Source of the DNA: Oscillospiraceae bacterium | Lineage (GTDB): Bacteria; Bacillota; Clostridia; Oscillospirales; CAG-272 | Assembly: GCA_015064685.1 (NCBI GenBank) | Contig: SVRT01000001.1 | Span: 158,560 to 222,559 of the forward strand | Direction: 5' to 3' | Length of the DNA stretch: 64,000 nucleotides | Part shown: piece by piece, positions 1 to 9,169 of the stretch | Position numbering within the stretch: position 1 is the first letter of the stretch | Layout: the number at the start of each line of letters is the position of its first letter | The notes under the pieces: generated by a model | The model's input: the letters and a program-made list of their open reading frames with translations, nothing else | What the model was told of the DNA's origin: nothing | Database searches by the model: none | Translations under genes and position numbers: made by a program

Positions 1-1048
1 GGCTTGTATGGCTGATAAGCCTATGATACATCTTCTTCCTCATTGGAACTGGAAGAAGGGCGAGACTGTGCGCGTTGCCGCACCCTCAAACTGTGACGAG
101 GCTGAGCTTTTCCTCAACGGAAAGAGCCTCGGCAGAAAGGCTTGCGACCCTGTAAATACCGCCGAGTGGCAGGTGGAGTTTACCCCGGGCAGACTTCTTG
201 TCAAAGGCTATAAGAACGGCAAATGTGTTGCAAAGGCGGAGCAGAGAACTGCAGGAAAGCCTTACGCCGTAAAGCTTATGCCACAGATGGAGAGCATCAA
301 GAACGACGGTGCGGATACTGCAGTCGTAAATATTGCCATAGTTGACAAGCGTGGCATCGTTTGTCCTACTGCCGATAACCTCGTAAAATTTGAGATCGTC
401 GGAGACGGATATATTCGCGGAGTCGGTAACGGTGATCCTAATTCTCACGAGTCCGACGTTCTTCCGGAAAGACGCGCTTATTGCGGTCTTTGCCAGGCGC
501 TTGTAACCTCGTTTCTTGATGCAAAGAATATAAAGATCGTTGCTACTGGCGAGGGGCTTGAGAGCGCGGAGTATGACTTTACCGTTGAAGCGGTCGAGCA
601 GCCTATATGTCCCGAGATTGCAAGGATCACAGTGCTTGACAAGTTTACAATGTCAAAGGTGTATGCTCTTGACGACAAGCCCGATCCAAATATGTATATA
701 AGCGACGATGATATGAACTCTTTCACTCCCGTTGCATTCGTACACGGTGCGCTTCAGAAGGATTTCACTGGTGGATACCGTATATACAGAATGAAGACCA
801 AGGTTACATCAAGAACCGCAGATTACTTTATCAGATTTATCTGGGGTCATTGGGACGGTGTTTTCGTCTATGTCAACGGCAAATGCGTGCTTGATCTCCC
901 GTGGAGACACGCAGGACCGTACAAGACAGGCGCATTCAGGCTTTGCGAGGGCGAGGAGATAGATATCCGAATTCTCGTTCACGCACTCCCCGAGCATGCG
1001 AAGAGCGGTGCAGGCTTTGCCGACGCTATCTCGCTTGAGGAAGCATAA
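1..1048 (+). CDS. C-terminal part of a GH2 beta-galactosidase/glycosidase (5' truncated by window edge)
   Basis: 'IHLLPHWNW', 'SNCDEAELFLNGKSLG', 'GVGNGDPNSHE' are typical of GH2 C-terminal Ig-like/DUF4982 domains; frame is open to the window start. Confidence 0.85.
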   Translation, partial: ACMADKPMIHLLPHWNWKKGETVRVAAPSNCDEAELFLNGKSLGRKACDPVNTAEWQVEFTPGRLLVKGYKNGKCVAKAEQRTAGKPYAVKLMPQMESIKNDGADTAVVNIAIVDKRGIVCPTADNLVKFEIVGDGYIRGVGNGDPNSHESDVLPERRAYCGLCQALVTSFLDAKNIKIVATGEGLESAEYDFTVEAVEQPICPEIARITVLDKFTMSKVYALDDKPDPNMYISDDDMNSFTPVAFVHGALQKDFTGGYRIYRMKTKVTSRTADYFIRFIWGHWDGVFVYVNGKCVLDLPWRHAGPYKTGAFRLCEGEEIDIRILVHALPEHAKSGAGFADAISLEEA

Positions 1049-1054
1049 CTTAAT

Positions 1055-1085
1055 AAAATTGCCCCGTCAAGGGGCAATTTTTTTA
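1055..1085 (+). terminator. Rho-independent terminator
   Basis: AAAATTGCCCC-gtcaa-GGGGCAATTTT followed by T run, just after the GH2 stop. Confidence 0.85.
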
Positions 1086-1114
1086 TTGACTTGATTGCAT
1101 AAAAATGTTATAAT
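1086..1114 (+). promoter_or_regulatory. sigma-A promoter of the acylation operon
   Basis: TTGACT-17 bp-TATAAT with extended -10 TG at 1106-1107; RBS AGGAG precedes ATG 1145. Confidence 0.8.
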
Positions 1115-1144
1115 TGTCTCATAATGAATTTGCAGGAGTAATTA

Positions 1145-2461
1145 ATGACATTATATATAAATAAAAAGACGGGTAAAAAAATTAATATTCCCATTTATTA
1201 TGCCGACGCTATAAGATTTTTGCTCGGTGTCATCATTACGCTTTCTCTTATCATTCTCGGAGTAGGTATCGCAATCATTGCACTTGAGTCGCAGTTTACA
1301 AGGTATGAGATCGAGGCGGGGGAGAGAATCAGCGCCGCAGACATCTTGGGCGAGGGTGCGACCTTTGGCGAAGATTTCGATCCCGATTGCGTCAATCACG
1401 CGGGCTTTTACTATTTCACTGTCAATACCGACAAGGGAGCGCGCAAGGTCCGTCTTTCGGTTAAGGACACGAAGGCTCCCGAGATAACCGTCAAGGACGT
1501 GTATTTCGCTGTTGGCGGTGAGATGCCGACACCTATGGATTATATCGACACGGTGTACGAGCCTGATAGATTTACGGGAGAGTACCTTACCGAGCTTCCG
1601 AAGATCACAAGTCCCGGAGAGCATGAGATGCAGATCCGATTTACCGATGCGTCGGGAAATAAGACCGAGATCTTTCACGTGAAAATGATACAGATATTTG
1701 ACAGTGAGCCCCCGGAGATCGACGTAAGTCCTCTTATCGTCACCGAGGTGGGCGGAGCTATTGAGTATGCTCCGTATATTACTCTTACCGACAACTGTAT
1801 CGGTGAGCTTACTTTTACGGTTGATGAAAAGGAGCTTGACATATCCACGGTCGGACAGTACACGGTTTATATTATCGGAGCCGATGCGGTAGGGAACAAG
1901 ACCGTTAAAACGGCGGTTACTGTAAACGTGATCGAATCGTTTAATAAGGGCGCGCTTGATGCTATGCTTGACGAATTGGTTGACGACCTTGATACCGACG
2001 GAAAGAGCCGCGAGAGGATATGCCGAGATATTTATGAGCTTGTAAGGGATACCTTGGTATACACGGGAGACTCTCCTAAGGGAGATGTCGAGCGTGCGGC
2101 ATATCACGCGCTTATGGGCGGCGGTGGAGATTGCTATTCGTATTTCTCGTTGACCAAGCTGTTGCTCGACAGATGCGGTATTGAGAATCTTGAGGTACAA
2201 AGAGCCGCAGGCTACACCTCGGACACGCATTATTGGAATCTTGTCAACATAGGCGAGGATGGAGAGAGCAGATGGTATCACCTTGACTCTACCGAGCTTC
2301 GCGCGGACAGATACGACCATTCCGGTTGTCTGCTTACGGATAAGCAGATAAACGCGTATAGCAAGGCGAGAGAGAATTTTTACCGTTATGATGCCGCCGC
2401 GTACCCCGACGTATCACAAAAAATTATTACTCCTACTCCAAATCTTGAGAGGTTGTACTGA
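1145..2461 (+). CDS. Membrane-anchored transglutaminase-like protein with Ig-like repeats
   Basis: N-terminal TM helix; repeated 'V.DT.AP/PP.I' Ig-like boundaries; Cys-His-Asp triad 'GGDCYSY...HYWNLV...WYHLDST'. Confidence 0.8.
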   Translation: MTLYINKKTGKKINIPIYYADAIRFLLGVIITLSLIILGVGIAIIALESQFTRYEIEAGERISAADILGEGATFGEDFDPDCVNHAGFYYFTVNTDKGARKVRLSVKDTKAPEITVKDVYFAVGGEMPTPMDYIDTVYEPDRFTGEYLTELPKITSPGEHEMQIRFTDASGNKTEIFHVKMIQIFDSEPPEIDVSPLIVTEVGGAIEYAPYITLTDNCIGELTFTVDEKELDISTVGQYTVYIIGADAVGNKTVKTAVTVNVIESFNKGALDAMLDELVDDLDTDGKSRERICRDIYELVRDTLVYTGDSPKGDVERAAYHALMGGGGDCYSYFSLTKLLLDRCGIENLEVQRAAGYTSDTHYWNLVNIGEDGESRWYHLDSTELRADRYDHSGCLLTDKQINAYSKARENFYRYDAAAYPDVSQKIITPTPNLERLY

Positions 2462-2483
2462 TAACCTCTAGTAAAGGAGAGGT

Positions 2484-3995
2484 ATGCAAAAAACAAACAT
2501 TCTTGAATATCTTGAGGAGAGCGCGCGCCGATGCGGCGACAAGGTTGCCCTGACAGACGGCGCGTACTCACTCACGTTTGCAACCGTTAAGAAAATGGCA
2601 AGAGCGATTGGAAGTCACCTTTTAAAAAGGGGCTTTTACCGCCAAGCCGTAGCTGTTCTTATGGACAAGCACCCCGACACCGTGTGCGCATTTCTGGGCG
2701 TACTGTATTCGGGGTGCTTTTACGTTTGCATTGACCCCGATATGCCCGATGCACGAATCCTTTCGATTGTTGACAGCGTCAGGGCGGAGGCGGTCATCTG
2801 CAATGAAAAAAGCAAGGAGCGGGCTCGAGTTTTATCCGGAAGAGCGGAAATAATCTCTTTTGAAGAAGCATCCTCGGGTGACTCTGACCTTGAGGCACTG
2901 AAAGATGTAAGAGAGCGTGCGACAGACAAGGATCTCGCGTACGTGGTTTTCACGTCGGGCTCGACAGGTGAGCCGCGAGGAGTGTGCGCGTCGCATCATT
3001 CGGTGATCGATTATGCCGAGGCTCTTGTCGCAGCGCTTGGATTTGATGAGAACACGGTTTTCGGCAATCAGGCGCCGCTTTATTACGATGCGCCGCTAAA
3101 GGAGCTGTTGCCTTCATTTTCTCTCGGCGCGATGACCTGCTTCATTCCCCAAAAGCTATTTATGTTTCCCGTTAAGCTCTGTGAGTTCATTCGCGACAAC
3201 GGGATCAACACGCTCTGCTGGGCGGCATCGGCTTTTGCGAACGTATCTCTCCTCGGCGCGCTTGACGTTGTCCCATTGAGCAATATCAGAACAATTTGCT
3301 TTGGGAGTGAGCTCTTTCCGCGTAGCGAGTATGAAAAGTGGCGCAAAGCGTGTCCCGACGCAACCTTTATCAATCTTTACGGCCCGACCGAGGCTACGGG
3401 GATGTCGACCTATTGGATAGCTGACCGTGAGCTTGAAAAGGGAGAGCCAATACCGATTGGAAGACCCTTCAAGAACACCGAGATCTTGCTCATTGACGAT
3501 TCAGGTAAGGCGGGTGATGAGGGCGAGATATACATTCGCGGCAGATGCGTGACGTGTGGGTATTTCGGGCATAGGGAGATGAGTGACGAGTGCTTCGTGC
3601 AGGATCCGACAAATCCTTTCTTTAATGATGTCGTATATAAGACGGGAGATATGGGAAAAATAAACGGTAGAGGTGAGCTTGTCTATCTCGGAAGGCGAGA
3701 TTCGCAGATAAAGCATATGGGGCGCAGGATAGAGCTTTGCGAGATCGAACGCGCGGCAGAATCGGTCGGGGCAAGGGCGGCAAGATGCCTTTACGACAGT
3801 GAGCGCAAAAGAATAATGCTTGCATACGTTGGAGACATGGCAGAGGGCGAGCTTATTCGTTCCTTGTCGGATATGCTTCCGAGGTATATGCTGCCGGTCG
3901 AATGTTGCAGGCTTTGTGCATTGCCTCAATTGCCAAACGGAAAGACCGACAGACGCGCGCTTGCAAAAATACTCTCTTCAAAGGAGAAAAAATGA
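2484..3995 (+). CDS. Stand-alone amino-acid adenylation enzyme (DltA-like, carrier protein ligase)
   Basis: A3 'YVVFTSGSTGEPRG', A5 'NLYGPTE', A7 'YKTGD', A8 'GRRDSQIKHMGRRIEL', A10 'NGKTDR'. Confidence 0.9.
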   Translation: MQKTNILEYLEESARRCGDKVALTDGAYSLTFATVKKMARAIGSHLLKRGFYRQAVAVLMDKHPDTVCAFLGVLYSGCFYVCIDPDMPDARILSIVDSVRAEAVICNEKSKERARVLSGRAEIISFEEASSGDSDLEALKDVRERATDKDLAYVVFTSGSTGEPRGVCASHHSVIDYAEALVAALGFDENTVFGNQAPLYYDAPLKELLPSFSLGAMTCFIPQKLFMFPVKLCEFIRDNGINTLCWAASAFANVSLLGALDVVPLSNIRTICFGSELFPRSEYEKWRKACPDATFINLYGPTEATGMSTYWIADRELEKGEPIPIGRPFKNTEILLIDDSGKAGDEGEIYIRGRCVTCGYFGHREMSDECFVQDPTNPFFNDVVYKTGDMGKINGRGELVYLGRRDSQIKHMGRRIELCEIERAAESVGARAARCLYDSERKRIMLAYVGDMAEGELIRSLSDMLPRYMLPVECCRLCALPQLPNGKTDRRALAKILSSKEKK

Positions 3996-4231
3996 AACGC
4001 TTGAGAAAAATTATTTCCTCTCTTCATCCCGAATATGATTTTACGGGTGAAGAGAGGCTTGTCGACGGCGGCATACTTGATTCGCTCGATATAGTGACGC
4101 TTGTTACCGATATAAACGAGGAATATGCAATTTCTGTTCCTGCACAGGAGATATGTAAAGAGAACTTTGATACGGTAAATGATATTGCCGCGTTGATAAA
4201 GCGGTGCGGCGGAGAGATAGAATGCAGCTGA
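3992..4231 (+). CDS. Acyl/aminoacyl carrier protein (DltC-like)
   Basis: 79 aa, 'GILDSLDI' phosphopantetheine Ser motif; ATGA overlap with upstream stop; RBS AGGAG. Confidence 0.9.
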   Translation: MKRLRKIISSLHPEYDFTGEERLVDGGILDSLDIVTLVTDINEEYAISVPAQEICKENFDTVNDIAALIKRCGGEIECS

Positions 4232-5724
4232 TCTCTGTACGTTTTTTTATTTGGATTGCCCTCACGCTCGTTATCTATCGCGTGGTTCCTGAAAAATATC
4301 GCTTTGCCGTACTTCTTTGCTCAAGCATAGCTTTTTATCTGCTTGTCGGCATTTTTTCATTATTTGTTATACTAATATTCACGCTCTCCTCCTATCTGTT
4401 AGCGCTTCTCATTGAAAGACAAGATGGGCAGGGGAGCATTTTTTCATCTCTTGAAGGGCAGAAAAGGAATAGATCGGGTAAAACAAAGAAAAGCTATCCT
4501 ATAACCGTGCTGGGTGTATTTCTGCTTATCTCATGTTGGATAATTATCAGGGAGCTTTCGCCATACAGTGCTGTGGGAATGTCCTTTTATTCGCTTCGCA
4601 TTATTTCATATCTTATTGACGTGTATAGAGGTAAGATACGCGCGCAGAGGAATCTTCAAAAGTATTTACTGTTTACAAGCTTTTTTCCCCTTGCGTTTCT
4701 CGGACCCGTTGTCAGCTACGGTGAGGTGGCGGAGAGCTTATTCAAGGGGGCAAAGCCGAGCTATGATGATACGCTGTCGGGTGCATATCGGATATCGCTT
4801 GGTGTTTTTAAAAAGGTAGTTATAGCAAACGCGCTCTCAACACCGCTTTCCCTGATTGCCGTAGAGCCGCAGCGGTATTTTGGCGCGTATACGCTTTTTC
4901 TGCTGATTTTTTATACTGTGGAGATCTACTGCGACTTTTCGGGTGGAATAGATATCTGCCTCGGTGCGTCAAGAATGCTCGGTATCGATCTGCCCGAGAA
5001 TTTCAAGAGACCCTTTGCCTCGGAAAATGTAAGGGAATTCTGGAACAGATGGCATATCACTCTTGGTGAATGGTTTGAGCATTATGTTTTTTACCCGTTG
5101 TCATTTTCAAAGCCGATGCAGAAAGTCTCAAGACTTTGCCGCAGACGATTTGGTAGCCGCGTGGGGAAAAGGCTGCCGCTTTATGCCGCAACGTTATTTA
5201 CCTGGCTTTTAACGGGGCTTTGGCACGGGTCGGAGGGGCATTTTGTTGCTTGGGGACTTGTAAACGGTCTGATCGTACTCGTCTCGCAGGAGCTTTCAAG
5301 ACCGACAGCTAAATTTTGGGACAAGCACCCGAGAGCGCGTGACAGCGGACTTCGGACCGTTTTTAGCAGGGTGTGTGTCTATGTGCTGATAGGCGCCGTG
5401 CGGCTGCTCGACGTATACAGATCTGCACCGCTTACCGCAAAGATGCTTTTAAGCGTTTTTTACCGATTTGATAGTTATGTCGAGCTTTTTTCGGGCAGCA
5501 TCTTTGATCTTATTTCTCACGAGACGCTTGCGGTCGTGATCGCTTCTCTTGTTATTCTGTATTTTCTGGAGTTGTTCGGCAGATCGGTCGTGAGCCCGTC
5601 ACAAAAGCCGATCGCAGCATCGTTTTTTATTGTTTCGCTTACTCTCTGTGCTATGCTTTTCGGTACGTACGGAATTGGATTTGACGCAAGTGACTTTATT
5701 TATTCGCATTTTAACGGAGGATGA
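4222..5724 (+). CDS. MBOAT family O-acyltransferase (AlgI/DltB-like)
   Basis: 'YCDFSG', 'ENFKRPF', 'EFWNRWHITLGEWF', 'TGLWHG' catalytic His; C-terminal 'FIYSHF'; multiple TM segments. Confidence 0.92.
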   Translation: MQLISVRFFIWIALTLVIYRVVPEKYRFAVLLCSSIAFYLLVGIFSLFVILIFTLSSYLLALLIERQDGQGSIFSSLEGQKRNRSGKTKKSYPITVLGVFLLISCWIIIRELSPYSAVGMSFYSLRIISYLIDVYRGKIRAQRNLQKYLLFTSFFPLAFLGPVVSYGEVAESLFKGAKPSYDDTLSGAYRISLGVFKKVVIANALSTPLSLIAVEPQRYFGAYTLFLLIFYTVEIYCDFSGGIDICLGASRMLGIDLPENFKRPFASENVREFWNRWHITLGEWFEHYVFYPLSFSKPMQKVSRLCRRRFGSRVGKRLPLYAATLFTWLLTGLWHGSEGHFVAWGLVNGLIVLVSQELSRPTAKFWDKHPRARDSGLRTVFSRVCVYVLIGAVRLLDVYRSAPLTAKMLLSVFYRFDSYVELFSGSIFDLISHETLAVVIASLVILYFLELFGRSVVSPSQKPIAASFFIVSLTLCAMLFGTYGIGFDASDFIYSHFNGG

Positions 5725-6750
5725 ATGAAAATAAAAGCTATTTTGATGTTTTTGATCTCAATATCACTTTTTTTGATCGCGCTTTCTTTACTTTCGTCAC
5801 TCGTGGAGCCGAAATACGCGAGTGGATCAAGAGAAGGGAATCTGATTGCCGAGTACTACCGCGAGAGTGATTCGAAAAGCCTTCACGACGTGATTTTCGT
5901 CGGAGATTGCGAGGCGTATTCAACCTTCGTTCCGCCTCTGCTTTGGGAGAGATACGGTATAACCTCCTTCGTACGCGGTAGCCCTTCGCAGACTATCGCG
6001 CAATCATATACACTGATCACAGAAACGCTGCAATATGAAACACCGAAGGCGATAGTGCTGAGCGTTTATGCGCTTTGCCGCGAGGAGGGGGCGAGAGAGG
6101 CGTACAACAGAATAACTCTTGACGGTATGCGCCCCTCGCTCCATAAGCTACGGGCGGTTTTCTCAAGTATTGGCGAGGAGGAGAGCGCGATCTCGTATTT
6201 TGTTCCGCTTTTGCGCTATCATTCGAGATGGAACGAGCTTTCAGCGGAGGATTTCAAATATCTATTTAAGCGACCGCAAGTATCACACAACGGTTATTTA
6301 TTGGAAAAGGAGATCGAGGCGCCAGAGAACGTTGAATGTGAAAAAGGGGAGGCACCGCATGATCTACCGCGCGAGAATCTTGATTATTTAGACCGTATAA
6401 TTAAAGAATGTAAAAAAAGCGGAGTTGAGCTGATACTTGTCAAGGCGCCCGTCGATTCATGGCTATATCCGTGGTATGAGGAATGGGACAGAGAGATAAA
6501 CGGGTGGGCGGAGATGAACGGAGTAAAGTATTATGATCTGATCATCCACAAAGGGCAGATCGGTATTGATATGAGATGTGACAGCTATGACGGTGGACTT
6601 CATTTGAATGTTTTCGGAGCGGAGAAGACGACCGTTTATTTCGGAGAGATGCTCCAAAAGGAGCATAATATTGCGCCGCATCACGGTGAAAAAACGGTGT
6701 CGCGGTGGAAGGAAAAGCTTGATAAGTATTATAAGGAAAGAAACGAATGA
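5725..6750 (+). CDS. Membrane-anchored SGNH-fold acyltransferase (DltD/AlgJ-like), Cys variant
   Basis: N-terminal TM; block I 'VIFVGDCEAY', C-terminal 'YDGGLHLN'; abuts the MBOAT stop. Confidence 0.75.
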   Translation: MKIKAILMFLISISLFLIALSLLSSLVEPKYASGSREGNLIAEYYRESDSKSLHDVIFVGDCEAYSTFVPPLLWERYGITSFVRGSPSQTIAQSYTLITETLQYETPKAIVLSVYALCREEGAREAYNRITLDGMRPSLHKLRAVFSSIGEEESAISYFVPLLRYHSRWNELSAEDFKYLFKRPQVSHNGYLLEKEIEAPENVECEKGEAPHDLPRENLDYLDRIIKECKKSGVELILVKAPVDSWLYPWYEEWDREINGWAEMNGVKYYDLIIHKGQIGIDMRCDSYDGGLHLNVFGAEKTTVYFGEMLQKEHNIAPHHGEKTVSRWKEKLDKYYKERNE

Positions 6751-7232
6751 AAAAATACGGAATAGGCTTGAGCTTTATTGCTTTGATCTGCACTTTGCTT
6801 GTTTCCTGTCAAAGCGCGGAGGGGCGAATGAGCGATAAAGAATATTATTTTTGTCATAACGGACACACGATCACAGTGGGAGACGACGCAGACGGGCTTG
6901 TGGAATCGATTGGAGAAGCGAACCGAGTCTCCAGAACTACGTCCTGTGCAGGGGAAGGCGAGGACGAGCTGTATATTTATAGCGGTTTCAGATTATTCGC
7001 GCACCGTGACATGGAGAAATGCACCGTGGTTGCAATAGAACTGACCAATGACGCAGTGAGTACTCCCGAGGGCATAAGGATAGGGGATAAGGTCGAGCGG
7101 GTGAAGGAGAGATACGGAGAGGCGAAGGAGAAAAACGGATTTCTTGAATATGAGAGTAAGGGCTGCAGACTTCGCTTCTATTTGCGAGAGGGCAGAGTTT
7201 CGGGTATCAAATATCTTAAAAATGACGGTTAA
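6747..7232 (+). CDS. Lipoprotein of unknown function
   Basis: MKK + hydrophobic stretch + lipobox LVS-C; ATGA overlap with the SGNH gene. Confidence 0.7.
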   Translation: MKKYGIGLSFIALICTLLVSCQSAEGRMSDKEYYFCHNGHTITVGDDADGLVESIGEANRVSRTTSCAGEGEDELYIYSGFRLFAHRDMEKCTVVAIELTNDAVSTPEGIRIGDKVERVKERYGEAKEKNGFLEYESKGCRLRFYLREGRVSGIKYLKNDG

Positions 7233-7328
7233 CTGAAGTGTTTGTGAAAATAATTTGTCGAAACGGAAAATGAGGGCGGAAAATTAGCACTGTTTACAAA
7301 AAGTTCATAAAAATATTGTGATAAACAC

Positions 7329-7357
7329 TTGACAAAGGGGTCAAAAAGGGGTATATT
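7329..7357 (+). promoter_or_regulatory. sigma-A promoter of hrcA-dnaK operon
   Basis: TTGACA(7329)-17 bp-TATATT(7352). Confidence 0.8.
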
Positions 7358-7368
7358 ATTAGCGGTGG

Positions 7369-7395
7369 CTGGCACTTGACACAAGAGAGTGCTAA
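7369..7395 (+). promoter_or_regulatory. CIRCE element (HrcA operator)
   Basis: CTGGCACTT-N9-GAGTGCTAA vs consensus TTAGCACTC-N9-GAGTGCTAA, between promoter and hrcA. Confidence 0.92.
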
Positions 7396-7441
7396 AAAAT
7401 AACCCCGAAACAGAGAAAAACGAGAGGAGAGCGCAAGAAAA

Positions 7442-8509
7442 GTGGCAGAAAACAAAAAAGGCGAGCTGAGTGAACGAAAAAAACGAATACTCAAGGCGAT
7501 AGTTGATGCTCATATAGTGGACGGAGAGCCTGTTGGATCAAAGTACATTATGCAGGATGAGCACTTGAACTGCTCGTCTGCTACCATTAGAAACGAGATG
7601 GCAGAGCTTGAAGCGCTCGGATATCTCGAGCAGCCTCACACCTCGTCCGGAAGAGTACCGAGTGAGCTTGGATACAGATTCTACGTTGATAGCCTTATTG
7701 AGAGCTACGCGATGACGACGAGTGAGATCACCGAGATCAACAAGCTGCTCAAATCAAAGATGAACGAGCTTGATCAGATCCTTATGGCGGCATCCAAGGT
7801 TGCCGGTAATCTTACCAACTACACAAGCTTCGTTATGAAGCCAAAGGCGAGCCAGGTCAAGATCAAGAGATTTGACGTCATTTACGTCGACCGTCACTCG
7901 CTCCTGCTTATTATGATAAGTGACGGGGGAGCGGTCGTTACCAAGAGACTCTCGCTTGAGATCAACGTCAGCGAGATGACTGCGGGAGATCTTGCGAGCG
8001 CGCTAAACGAAAAGATATCGGGACTTACCGCAAACGAGATAACTCTTCCGATAATCGTGGAGATCGAGAATCTTATGGGAGATAAATCCCAGATAGTTAC
8101 ACCGATCATCAAGATAATCTACGAGAGTATGAACGAGCTTGACGGCGGCGACCTCAAGGTCAGCGGAATGGACAGACTTCTTCAGTACCCCGAGTACAGC
8201 AACAAGGATCAGCTCCGTGAGCTGCTCGGTGCACTTGAGAAGAAGGAGGATATCCTCGACCTCGTGTCCGATTCGGACAGCGACGGTGTAAACGTCGTTA
8301 TCGGCTCGGAAAGCTCGGTAAGAGTGATGAATAATTCCGCGCTCGTGTTCAAGCCTGTCGTACGCGACGGCAAGACGCTCGGAGCCATCGGAATTATCGG
8401 CCCGAGAAGAATGGATTACGCAAAGGTGGTCGCAACCATAGAGGGACTTGCGGGCAACGTAGAGAGCCTGCTCAACGAGGGAAGCGATCTTATAGAAGAC
8501 AAGGAGTGA
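7442..8509 (+). CDS. hrcA: Heat-inducible transcription repressor HrcA
   Basis: 'EPVGSK', 'SSATIRNEMAELEALGYLEQPHTSSGRVPS', 'IIGPRRMDY'; GTG start. Confidence 0.97.
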   Translation: MAENKKGELSERKKRILKAIVDAHIVDGEPVGSKYIMQDEHLNCSSATIRNEMAELEALGYLEQPHTSSGRVPSELGYRFYVDSLIESYAMTTSEITEINKLLKSKMNELDQILMAASKVAGNLTNYTSFVMKPKASQVKIKRFDVIYVDRHSLLLIMISDGGAVVTKRLSLEINVSEMTAGDLASALNEKISGLTANEITLPIIVEIENLMGDKSQIVTPIIKIIYESMNELDGGDLKVSGMDRLLQYPEYSNKDQLRELLGALEKKEDILDLVSDSDSDGVNVVIGSESSVRVMNNSALVFKPVVRDGKTLGAIGIIGPRRMDYAKVVATIEGLAGNVESLLNEGSDLIEDKE

Positions 8510-8513
8510 AAAA

Positions 8514-9098
8514 ATGATTGATGAGAACGTAAAGCAGGGCGACGCGGTCGAGACCGCGGAGACTGCCGAGACAGTAGACGAGAATGCTCCTGCCGAGGAA
8601 AAGGCGGAGAAGACCGATAAGAAAAAGAACAAAAAGCTCGAGTCTAAAATAAGCGAGCTTGAGGCAAAGCTTGAAGAAGCCGACAAGGCTGCCGCAGAGC
8701 AGAACGACAAATATATGCGCTTGGCGGCGGAGTACGATAATTTCCGTAAGAGAAGCGCGAAGGAAAAAGAGGGCATATATTCGGATGCTTACGCTGATGC
8801 GCTCAAATCCATTCTCCCGATAATCGACAACCTTGAAAGAGCGGTCGGAGTCGAGGGCGCGGATGCGGTCGCAAAGGGACTTGAGATGACTCTCAAGGGT
8901 GCGACTGAGGCGCTTGAGAAGATGGGTGTCGAGGCATTCGGTGCAGAGGGCGACGAGTTCGATCCCAATATGCATAACGCGATGATGATGGTCGACGACG
9001 AGAACCATAAGGAGGGCGAGATCGTAACCGTCTTCCAGAAGGGTTATAAAAAAGGCGATAAGATCATCAGATACGCTATGGTAACAGTAGCGAATTGA
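8514..9098 (+). CDS. grpE: Nucleotide exchange factor GrpE
   Basis: 'RLAAEYDNFRKR', 'FDPNMHNA', 'QKGYK...IIRYAMVTV'. Confidence 0.97.
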   Translation: MIDENVKQGDAVETAETAETVDENAPAEEKAEKTDKKKNKKLESKISELEAKLEEADKAAAEQNDKYMRLAAEYDNFRKRSAKEKEGIYSDAYADALKSILPIIDNLERAVGVEGADAVAKGLEMTLKGATEALEKMGVEAFGAEGDEFDPNMHNAMMMVDDENHKEGEIVTVFQKGYKKGDKIIRYAMVTVAN

Positions 9099-9169
9099 CG
9101 CATATATTCAACAGAAAAATAATTATCAACACATAAATCAAACAATTAGTCCATAGGAGGAAAATTATT

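Noticed and set aside
1151-2320. 389-aa antisense ORF over the transglutaminase gene (similar ones over tig, cdaR, grpE and DUF1836)
   Set aside because: Fully overlap well-supported genes on the other strand; composition typical of shadow frames
2484-6750. Naming these genes dltA/dltC/dltB/dltD
   Set aside because: Pocket residues, MBOAT length, gene order and Cys nucleophile differ from canonical Dlt; symbols withheld
7284-7310. Possible second CIRCE (TTAGCACTG...)
   Set aside because: Only the left half-site matches; right arm AGTTCATAA is too degenerate
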